The position numbers and the translations under genes are program-made. DNA of 64,000 nt from Kiritimatiellia bacterium (GTDB lineage Bacteria > Verrucomicrobiota > Kiritimatiellia > RFP12 > UBA1067). The stretch's first letter is position 1. Every line of letters starts with the position of its first letter. The notes beneath the pieces are model-generated. The model was not told where the DNA came from, did not search any database, and was given only the letters and a program-made list of their open reading frames with translations. Location: assembly GCA_017520845.1 (NCBI GenBank), contig JAFXEU010000046.1, positions 1,702 through 65,701 on the forward strand, written 5' to 3'. This document shows positions 57,037 through 64,000 of the stretch, in pieces.

Positions 57037-57729
57037 ATGTATCTTACCAAACTAGATGATATACTTGATGTGCTATGGGAGCATTTTTGGTCTGCGAGGA
57101 GTGGCTCTGAATATTTTGTGCGGTGGGGGTTGATTGAATTAAACAATCTTGGTTACATTAATATTACAATGTCAGAGTCGGATGAATGTGTAAGACGAGA
57201 CGTTACTCCAGAAGAGATGTATATGCCTTATGTGTATGCTATGGGGTTGTTGCGTTTACACGAGGTTAGTATTGAGGCGCGGGCTAATAATTATCATGCA
57301 TGTGATACCGATTTTGCGGAGTATGTTCCATTTCTTGAGGAGGCGATTCCGCCAATTGTTTTAGGACAATTTTATGCTAAGGCTTGCGAACTTGGAAAGG
57401 ATAAAGATGACCAAAAAATGATTGATGAATTTGATGGGGATGCCGTTATCAAGTTGTTAAGATTAATAAAAGATGATATATGTTGCATTGGTCTTGAATG
57501 TATGGCTATAGCTCTTAATATGGACTGCCCAGAATTAATAGAGACAGTCGAGCGGTACGATGAAGAAACTGAAGGATGTTATGAAGAAAATGTCGTAGTT
57601 TATTCTGATTTTGAAGGCTTTTGCAGATATTTAGAAACCGTTGAATTTGAGGATGTTATAAAGTTGTGGTCCTATGACGATCAAAAGTATATGGAATGGC
57701 TTGGTGGTAATAATATCTTTTGGACATAA
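57037..57729 (+). CDS. Highly acidic hypothetical protein
   Basis: 230-aa ORF, visibly rich in Asp/Glu and Cys, AT-rich like the island. No family recognised. Confidence 0.45.
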   Translation: MYLTKLDDILDVLWEHFWSARSGSEYFVRWGLIELNNLGYINITMSESDECVRRDVTPEEMYMPYVYAMGLLRLHEVSIEARANNYHACDTDFAEYVPFLEEAIPPIVLGQFYAKACELGKDKDDQKMIDEFDGDAVIKLLRLIKDDICCIGLECMAIALNMDCPELIETVERYDEETEGCYEENVVVYSDFEGFCRYLETVEFEDVIKLWSYDDQKYMEWLGGNNIFWT

Positions 57730-58203
57730 CAAAGTGAAGATTAATAGCGAGGGGGACTGCCCCATTGGAGAAAAGTGGTGTAAAGTAGCGGTTAATGCGG
57801 TGCTTTGATGATATTTTATGAAATGAGGTAAGTCCAAGGCAGGCGAGTATGGAATAGGAAGGCTCGGAAAATGAAGCGCGAAATGAAAACGGAATGATCG
57901 GGGCGATTGTCGGGGATAAGGTTTGCGGCTCAAAGGACGACACAACAATGATGGTGTTTGATCTGTCGGAGAGATTGAAGAATCAATACCGAAATCGCCT
58001 CAAAGACTGCGGAGCCAAGAAAAGCGAACTTGCCCTTGAAATCAGGATCGAAAACGATACCGCCGTCTTCTATTCCCTAAAGGCGGACAATCATTAAGCT
58101 AAAGCGAAAGTTAAGTCGACAGCTTACCGCCGCATTTATATAAATGCGGTGGTTGGTTGGGTGATGATTCTGGCGCTAATTGAATTACGCGGAAGCCGAA
58201 ATA

Positions 58204-58212
58204 TGGTACAAT
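58204..58212 (+). promoter_or_regulatory. Extended -10-like box TGGTACAAT
   Basis: 7 nt before the ATG at 58220. If the real start is the internal Met at 58304, the transcript has a leader instead. Confidence 0.4.
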
Positions 58213-58219
58213 ATCCGCC

Positions 58220-58864
58220 ATGGGAAAATCAGCGGAGTTGATTATAGAGTCGAGAGGTGCGCATTTCGCGGCCGGACGCGTAAAACGCCCGTTTAAGAGC
58301 GGTATGCTTTTAAGGGCGTTCGGCGCTCTTTTTTTTCTATGCGCGGCGCACGGGTGCGTTTTCTCGGACGGCTCGCCGGAAATGGATCCTCGGCCAGAGA
58401 AATGGGCGAAGCCCGTCGAGTGCGCGGGAGTGCCGAATCTTTACAAAATAAACGATTCGCTTTACCGCAGCGCCCAGCCCACCGCCGAAGGAATGACCAA
58501 CCTTGTCTCTCTCGGAATAAAGACGGTTGTCAATCTTCGGGATTTTCATTCAGACGAGGACGAGATCGGTTCGCTTCCGCTGAAAATGAAACGGATAGAG
58601 GTTTTCACGGCGAATATGAAAGATGAATACGTGGATGAATTTTTATCTGTCGTCGCGGATACGAACGCGACGCCCGTTCTGGTGCACTGTCAGCACGGAG
58701 CCGACAGGACGGGAACGATGTGCGCCATGTATCGTATAATGTGCGAAGGATGGAATGTGGAAGACGCGATAGATGAGATGCAGAACGGAGGTTTCGGATA
58801 TCACTCCATCTGGTTGAATCTCCCGCGTTTCATTCGGAGGTCCGCGAAATCGCGCGGCAAATAA
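58220..58864 (+). CDS. Membrane/lipid-anchored dual-specificity (CX5R) protein phosphatase
   Basis: VHCQHGADRTG active-site loop. Hydrophobic N-terminal segment LRAFGALFFLCAAHGC (possible lipobox; alternative start at 58304). Confidence 0.7.
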   Translation: MGKSAELIIESRGAHFAAGRVKRPFKSGMLLRAFGALFFLCAAHGCVFSDGSPEMDPRPEKWAKPVECAGVPNLYKINDSLYRSAQPTAEGMTNLVSLGIKTVVNLRDFHSDEDEIGSLPLKMKRIEVFTANMKDEYVDEFLSVVADTNATPVLVHCQHGADRTGTMCAMYRIMCEGWNVEDAIDEMQNGGFGYHSIWLNLPRFIRRSAKSRGK

Positions 58865-58881
58865 GTGAGATATGAAAACTT

Positions 58882-60018
58882 ATGACGGAATTATTTTCTT
58901 TTAAAACGATTGAAGAGGCCGAGGCGAAACTCGACTCTCTCGGCGGATATAAGGATCCTGCCGAAGTCGTTCCATTGAAGGGCGCAAGCGCCCATGAGGT
59001 CGCGGTAGGGCCCGTCCATGCGGGCGTTATCGAGCCTGGACATTTTCGTTTCCAGTGCATGGGGGAAGACGTCTACAATCTTCAGATATTTCTCGGCTAT
59101 CAGCATCGCGGGGTCGAGGAGGCGATAGTTAATGCGGCCGGCAATATCGCGCGTCAGATCGCGCTTGCCGAAACATGCGCCGGCGACACTTCCGCCGCGG
59201 CCGCGATCGCGTTCGCGGAGCTGATGGAACGGGCGTTCCCGTCGCGCTTTCGCTCTCCGGACATTGAGGCTTTGCGATTGAGGAACATCCTTCTCGAGCT
59301 TGAGCGCATCGCGAATCATACGGGCGACCTGGGCGCGCTCGCGGGGGACGTCGCGTTTCTTCAGACGGCGTCTTTCTGCGGACGGATAAGAGGAGAATAT
59401 CTCAATATGACGGCTTTATTCTGCGGCAACCGTTTCGGACGCAACGCGATAGTGCCGGGCGGTGTGCGCGTAGAGGCTACGCCGGAAAAATACGGCGAGA
59501 TTGAAGCATGGATCGGTCGCGTGAAGCCGGAACTCGACCGTGCCCTTAAACTGATGTTTCATGAGCATTCCGTCTGCGACAGATTCGACGGGACGGGAAG
59601 AGTTCCCAAGGACGTTGCCGAGTCGATCGGCCTCGTCGGCGTCGCCCGTCGCGCTTCGGTCGAGTTCAACGGCGACGTAATGGCGAGGGCACTTGTGAGA
59701 CGAATCGAGATAAACGAGGCGCACATGAAAATCGCGAAGTTGATTCGAGGCGAAGCGCCCGCTTCTGAGACTCCCCGATTCGACGGCTTAAAGCCAGACG
59801 GGTTTACGGTCGCAGTTTCAACTTCCGCGGCGTGGCGCGGACCGCTTGTGCACGCGGCGCTGTTTTCTCCGGACGCGAAGATGGTCCGTTACAGGATAGT
59901 TGATCCGTCCGCTCATAACTGGCCCGGGCTCGCATGGGCGCTTCGCGGCGAGCAGATCTCGAACTTTCCGATATGCAATAAATCATTCAACCTCTCGTAC
60001 TGCGGAACGGACAGATAA
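58882..60018 (+). CDS. Group-4 [NiFe]-hydrogenase large-subunit/NuoD-family protein lacking the canonical NiFe-binding Cys pairs
   Basis: GPVHAGVIEPGHFRF and LGYQHRG motifs of the HycE/EchE/NuoD family. The position of RxCGxC reads AETCAGD, and the C-terminal DPCxxC position reads NLSYCGTDR. Confidence 0.65.
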   Translation: MTELFSFKTIEEAEAKLDSLGGYKDPAEVVPLKGASAHEVAVGPVHAGVIEPGHFRFQCMGEDVYNLQIFLGYQHRGVEEAIVNAAGNIARQIALAETCAGDTSAAAAIAFAELMERAFPSRFRSPDIEALRLRNILLELERIANHTGDLGALAGDVAFLQTASFCGRIRGEYLNMTALFCGNRFGRNAIVPGGVRVEATPEKYGEIEAWIGRVKPELDRALKLMFHEHSVCDRFDGTGRVPKDVAESIGLVGVARRASVEFNGDVMARALVRRIEINEAHMKIAKLIRGEAPASETPRFDGLKPDGFTVAVSTSAAWRGPLVHAALFSPDAKMVRYRIVDPSAHNWPGLAWALRGEQISNFPICNKSFNLSYCGTDR

Positions 60019-60029
60019 AAGGTGGCACT

Positions 60030-60764
60030 ATGCTGAAAGCGTTTATAGCGAGAATAAAAGAAGGATGCAGGACTGGCGCGTTCCCTCCGGCCGAGCCGAA
60101 TCTGCCGCCTGATTTCAGGGGGCGTCCGGAGATCGACGCGGCGACGTCGGCCGAGGAAGTCGAGGCGATGAAGAGCGTATGTCCCGTCGACGGTGCGCTC
60201 GGGTTTTCAGACGGCAAGGCGTTTATCGATATGGGGCGCTGCATTTTCTGCGGCCGCTGCGCCGCGAAGTGCACCAAGGTCAGATTCACGAGAGAGTACC
60301 GTCTCGGCGTATTCAAACGCGACGATCTCGTTGTCCGCGCGGGGGAAGGCGGGTACGTTCCGCCCGTCCAGACTAACTCAGAGGCACTGCGGCTTAAGGG
60401 CTCTCTGCAGCTGCGCGAGGTTTCGGCGGGCGGATGCGCCGCATGCGAGCTCGACGCGAACGTTCTCGGCACTCCGGCATGGGATATGGCGCGCTTCGGC
60501 ATAAGATTCGCGGTCTCTCCCCGCCATGCGGACGCCGTTTATCTGACAGGGCCCGTTTCAAAGAATATGCAGCTGGCGCTCGACAAAACGTACGCCGCGA
60601 TGCCCGAGCCGAGATTTTTGATCGCGGCCGGAGCGTGCGCGATTTCAGGAGGATTGTATGAACGCGGAGAATATCCGGCGGAGCCCGCGCTTTACATCCC
60701 GGGCTGTCCTCCTCATCCTGCAACCACGCTTGAGGCGCTCCTTCGTTTCGTCGGAGACATGTGA
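60030..60764 (+). CDS. NuoB/HycG-family small subunit fused to an N-terminal ferredoxin-like segment
   Basis: CIFCGRCAAKC (CxxCxxCxxxC) and CPVDG in the N-terminal part. GGCAACELD, LTGPVSKNM, AAGACAISGG and IPGCPPHP match the NuoB/HycG cluster-binding pattern. Confidence 0.65.
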   Translation: MLKAFIARIKEGCRTGAFPPAEPNLPPDFRGRPEIDAATSAEEVEAMKSVCPVDGALGFSDGKAFIDMGRCIFCGRCAAKCTKVRFTREYRLGVFKRDDLVVRAGEGGYVPPVQTNSEALRLKGSLQLREVSAGGCAACELDANVLGTPAWDMARFGIRFAVSPRHADAVYLTGPVSKNMQLALDKTYAAMPEPRFLIAAGACAISGGLYERGEYPAEPALYIPGCPPHPATTLEALLRFVGDM

Positions 60765-61366
60765 TGCTTTCGGATGCCGAAAACGTGATTCTTGCGGCGG
60801 GAGCCTTTCCTAAAAAAGGGGGTGCGGCGCGGCGCATCCTCGATTCGGCGGAGCGCGTCGTCTGCTGCGACAGCGCGGCAGACGCGTTCAGGAGGAATTG
60901 CGGTCGCGAGCCTTTCGCGGTCGTCGGGGACTGCGATTCCGTCAAGGGCAGATTCAAGACTCTTGTCAGAGTCGAGGAGCAGGATACCAACGATCTCGCC
61001 AAGGCGGTAAGATTCTGCCGCGAGAAGGGCATCGGAAATCTCGTCATCCTCGGCGCGACGGGTAAACGGGACGATCACAGTCTCGGCAATATTTTCAGGG
61101 CGCTCGATTTCGCCATCGACGTGGTTACGGATTACGGGCGCTTTACCGCTCTTGAGGGAACTAAGACCTACCGCGTTAAGCCCGGCGCGGGAGTGTCGGT
61201 TTTCGCCGTAGATCCGGAAACGGAAATGACGTCGAAGGGTCTTCAGTGGCCGCTCGACGGGGTCAGGTTCGAAAACCTCTATTGCGCGACGCTCAACAGG
61301 GCCGTCGGCGGCGAAGTGACCTTAAGTTCAACCAAACGTGTTTACGTATATTTTCCTTTCAAATGA
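60761..61366 (+). CDS. thiN: Thiamine pyrophosphokinase
   Basis: VVGDCDS, QDTNDLAKA and LGATGKRDDH motifs. The start overlaps the previous stop. Confidence 0.7.
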   Translation: MMLSDAENVILAAGAFPKKGGAARRILDSAERVVCCDSAADAFRRNCGREPFAVVGDCDSVKGRFKTLVRVEEQDTNDLAKAVRFCREKGIGNLVILGATGKRDDHSLGNIFRALDFAIDVVTDYGRFTALEGTKTYRVKPGAGVSVFAVDPETEMTSKGLQWPLDGVRFENLYCATLNRAVGGEVTLSSTKRVYVYFPFK

Positions 61367-61887
61367 AAATCGTTCTTGCCAGCGCGAGCCCGCGGAGGGC
61401 CAAAATTCTTGAATCGTCAGGTGTCGATTTCACGGTAGTGAAAACCGACGCGAAGGAAGTCGCATACGACGACGATCCATGCCGCACGGTCAGCGAAAAC
61501 GCCCTTGCGAAGGGCGCTGCCGCAAAATGCTCTGATGTTCTTTCGGCGGATACGATCGTCTGGTACGATAACCGAATTTACGGAAAGCCGCGTTCTTTTG
61601 ACGAGGCGAAAGAGTTTCTGCGCACGTTGAGCGGCAAGGTCCATTCGGTCTTTACGGGCGTCGCTTTCAACGGAGAAGTGAAAGTTGTGGAAAGCAAGGT
61701 CAGATTCCGCAGGTTGACCGACGCGGAGATAGACGAGTATGTCGAGCGCGTCAAACCGCTCGATCGTGCAGGCGCGTATGATATAGACGAGTCGGGCGAT
61801 CTTATAATCGAATCGTACAGCGGAAGTTATGAGAATATCATGGGTCTTCCGGTCGAGCCTCTCAAGGAGTGGGGTGTTGTCGAATGA
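61363..61887 (+). CDS. maf: Maf-family nucleoside-triphosphate pyrophosphatase
   Basis: IVLASASPRR opening, GKP and AGAY.I.. motifs. ATGA overlap with thiN. Confidence 0.8.
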   Translation: MKIVLASASPRRAKILESSGVDFTVVKTDAKEVAYDDDPCRTVSENALAKGAAAKCSDVLSADTIVWYDNRIYGKPRSFDEAKEFLRTLSGKVHSVFTGVAFNGEVKVVESKVRFRRLTDAEIDEYVERVKPLDRAGAYDIDESGDLIIESYSGSYENIMGLPVEPLKEWGVVE

Positions 61888-62621
61888 ACCGGGGCGCGGT
61901 AGGATTTTTCGATTCCGGCCTGGGCGGACTCTGCATTCTTGATGCGTTCAAGAGGGAGTGTCCTTCGGAGTCTACCGTATATATCGCCGACAGCGCGAAC
62001 TGTCCTTACGGCAACAGAAGCGCGGAGGAAATCGTCGCGCTTTCCGACGCGAACGTCAAAAGACTTCTTGAGGCCGGCTGCAAAATGATCGTCGTAGCCT
62101 GCAACACGGCGAGCGCCGCTGCGCTTGAATTTCTGCGCTCGAAATATTCCGATGTGCCGTTCGTCGGAATCGAGCCCGCCATCAAGCCCGCGGCGATGGA
62201 ATCTAAAACGGGCGTTGTCGGAGTTCTTGCCACGGCGGGCACCTTCGGAGGGCGTCTCTACAATGAAACCAAGGCGAAGTTCGCGAAGAACGTAACGGTG
62301 ATCGCGACGGTCGCCGACGAGTTCGTCGATCTTGTCGAAAGAGGCGAGACGTCGGGCGAGGAGGCCGAGCGGATCGTCCGCAGAAAGATCGAGCCCTTGA
62401 TTGCGGCGTCCTGCGATAAGATCGTTCTCGGCTGTACGCACTTTCCGCATTTAAGGTCTTTAATTGAAAAGGTAGCAGCCGGTCGCGCTGAAATCATTGA
62501 ACCTTCGCTGGCGGTTGCGCTCAGAGCGAAAAGCGTTCTCGAGAGCAGGGGCCTTGCAAACGCCGGCGGAGGCGAGGCGAAACATGTTTTTATTTCAACC
62601 AAGAGGGGAGATTCGCGATGA
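61884..62621 (+). CDS. murI: Glutamate racemase
   Basis: FDSGLGGL, two active-site Cys contexts (ACNTAS, LGCTHFP). ATGA overlap with maf (track GTG at 61869 is an alternative start). Confidence 0.85.
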   Translation: MNRGAVGFFDSGLGGLCILDAFKRECPSESTVYIADSANCPYGNRSAEEIVALSDANVKRLLEAGCKMIVVACNTASAAALEFLRSKYSDVPFVGIEPAIKPAAMESKTGVVGVLATAGTFGGRLYNETKAKFAKNVTVIATVADEFVDLVERGETSGEEAERIVRRKIEPLIAASCDKIVLGCTHFPHLRSLIEKVAAGRAEIIEPSLAVALRAKSVLESRGLANAGGGEAKHVFISTKRGDSR

Positions 62622-63097
62622 CTCAACAGGCCGTTAATTTAGTGGAACTTCTGAAAGCGAACGGCAGAACGTGCGCGACGGCGGAGAGCTGCACGGGTGG
62701 GATGATCGGATCTCTTATTACGGCCGTTCCCGGTTCGAGCGAAGTCTATCTGGGCGGAGTCGTAAGTTACGCCAATTCCGTAAAGGCGGGCGTTCTCGGC
62801 GTTTCCGCCGGGACGTTGGAGACTTTCGGCGCCGTTTCCGAAAAGTGCGCGTCGGAAATGGCCGAGGGTGCAAGGCGCTTGACTGGGGCGGATGTCGCCG
62901 TCAGCGTGACCGGCATCGCGGGTCCGGGCGGCGGCAGCGCCGAAAAGCCCGTCGGCCTCGTCTGGTTCGCCGTCGCGACCAAAAGCGGAACTCGCTCCGA
63001 GAAGGCGATTTTCGCGGGTTCGCGCGATGACGTCCGCAAGGCTGCCGCGATGCACGCCGTGGGTATGTTGACCGTAGCGGCGCTCGGTATGGATTGA
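62618..63097 (+). CDS. pncC: CinA-family nicotinamide-nucleotide amidohydrolase (PncC domain)
   Basis: ATAESCTGGMIGSLITAVPGSS and TGIAGPGGG motifs. Confidence 0.8.
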   Translation: MTQQAVNLVELLKANGRTCATAESCTGGMIGSLITAVPGSSEVYLGGVVSYANSVKAGVLGVSAGTLETFGAVSEKCASEMAEGARRLTGADVAVSVTGIAGPGGGSAEKPVGLVWFAVATKSGTRSEKAIFAGSRDDVRKAAAMHAVGMLTVAALGMD

Positions 63098-63122
63098 AGA
63101 ATTCCTAAGATGCCGCAAAAGA

Positions 63123-63131
63123 TGGTATAAT
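63123..63131 (+). promoter_or_regulatory. Extended -10 box TGGTATAAT, 8 nt before the folE ATG
   Basis: The ATG is at 63140. Confidence 0.5.
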
Positions 63132-63139
63132 ACTCGAAT

Positions 63140-63712
63140 ATGAAAAAACCGAAAGAGCCGAATCAGAAAAAAATAGCCGCGCTTGTAAAGAGCATTCTTA
63201 TCGAACTGGGAGAGGATCCCGATCGCGAAGGTCTTAAGAAAACTCCCGAGCGTGTCGCGAAGTCCCTCACGTTTTTGACGCGCGGCTACCGCCAGAACGT
63301 TAAAACCGTCGTGAACGGAGCCTATTTCACCAGCGGCACCAATCACATGGTGATATTGAAGGATATCGAGCTTTATTCGATGTGCGAGCATCACATGCTG
63401 CCGTTCTACGGCAGGTGCGCCATAGGCTACATTTCGAAGGGTAAGGTTCTCGGGGTCTCCAAGCTTGCGCGTATCGTCGACATGTTCGCAAGGCGCCTTC
63501 AGATACAGGAGCGCATGACCGAGGAGATCGCCAATGCGGTGATGGCGGAGTCCGGAGCCGAGGGCGTCGGCGTCGTCATCAGGGCGAAGCACCTGTGCAT
63601 GATGATGCGCGGAGTGGAGAAGCAGAACAGCGAAATGACGACTTCCGCAGTATTGGGCTCTTTCCGCAGCGACGAGAAGGTGCGTCAGGAATTTCTGTCT
63701 CTTATCGGTTAA
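63140..63712 (+). CDS. folE: GTP cyclohydrolase I
   Basis: [11 protein letters not shown] and [10 protein letters not shown] motifs. Confidence 0.92.
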   Translation: MKKPKEPNQKKIAALVKSILIELGEDPDREGLKKTPERVAKSLTFLTRGYRQNVKTVVNGAYFTSGTNHMVILKDIELYSMCEHHMLPFYGRCAIGYISKGKVLGVSKLARIVDMFARRLQIQERMTEEIANAVMAESGAEGVGVVIRAKHLCMMMRGVEKQNSEMTTSAVLGSFRSDEKVRQEFLSLIG

Positions 63713-63729
63713 AGGAAAACGCCAAAGAT

Positions 63730-64000
63730 ATGAAAAGACTTCTGACAATTCAGGATATCAGCTGTGTAGGACAGTGCTCGACCACCGTTGCGCTGCCGCT
63801 CATTTCGGCATGCGGCGTAGAGTGCGCCATTCTGCCGCCGGCGATTCTTTCCAACCATACCGGAGGATTCAAGTCCTGGAGTTTCGCAGATCTGACCGGC
63901 GAACTCGGTAATGTCGAAAAGAAGTGGATTGAGCAAGGCATCAGGTTCGACGCTTTTTATACCGGTTACGTCTGCGAAAGCCATATAGACCCGATTCTCT
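63730..64000 (+). CDS. pdxK: Pyridoxal/pyridoxamine kinase, N-terminal fragment (runs off the window)
   Basis: LTIQDISCVGQCSTTVALPLISACGVE...LSNHTGGF, the typical PdxK-type opening. The frame is open to the window end. Confidence 0.6.
   Translation, partial: MKRLLTIQDISCVGQCSTTVALPLISACGVECAILPPAILSNHTGGFKSWSFADLTGELGNVEKKWIEQGIRFDAFYTGYVCESHIDPIL

Noticed and set aside
57894-58097. 67-aa ORF at the right edge of the island, and the 63-aa ORF at 56833-57024
   Set aside because: There is no clear RBS or promoter and no recognisable motif. They may be real small genes, but the sequence alone does not support calling them.

Overview
This window is GC-rich bacterial chromosome, mostly on the + strand. 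It is dominated by housekeeping genes: yceD-rpmF-plsX, leuS, rpoZ, smpB, secY, folD, dnaX, lysS, a parC-like topoisomerase subunit, malic enzyme, cmk, rpsA, rpmB, gap, thiN-maf-murI-cinA and folE. Secreted or glycan-active proteins are interspersed: an M14-like peptidase, a beta-helix protein, an esterase, a GH78-like hydrolase, a Tat-exported GH109-like oxidoreductase and a 1226-aa secreted protein. There is also an exosortase/GT4 envelope locus and one tRNA(CAT). I cannot assign a taxon from the sequence alone.

Two regions stand out.
1. A visibly AT-richer island (about 47.77-58.1 kb) carries a DUF3990/DUF3791-like three-gene cassette and a complete type II-C-like CRISPR-Cas9 locus. The locus is cas9-cas1-cas2 plus 23 repeats of 36 nt. 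A tracrRNA is predicted on the minus strand just upstream of cas9. Two orphan genes (an HTH protein and an acidic protein) follow the array.
2. A 1.1-kb non-coding imperfect palindrome (27139-28240) sits inside what looks like a disrupted nfeD-SPFH operon. Its two arms are diverged copies of a hairpin-array element. Their stems differ by fully compensated substitutions, and the hairpins are separated by conserved ACACGAAA-type linkers. I cannot match it to any RNA or mobile-element family I know, and I consider it the most interesting unexplained signal.

Other observations:
- A secreted tyrosine-phosphatase gene is split by a single in-frame TGA.
- A roughly 40-nt intergenic motif recurs four times.
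- An 80-bp promoter module is duplicated in front of the DUF3990 cassette and cas9.
- TGATATAAT extended -10 boxes lie so close to several start codons that the mRNAs should be leaderless.
- A two-gene group-4-hydrogenase-like module lacks the canonical NiFe cysteine motifs.

Many long antisense ORFs in the six-frame track are GC-driven artefacts.
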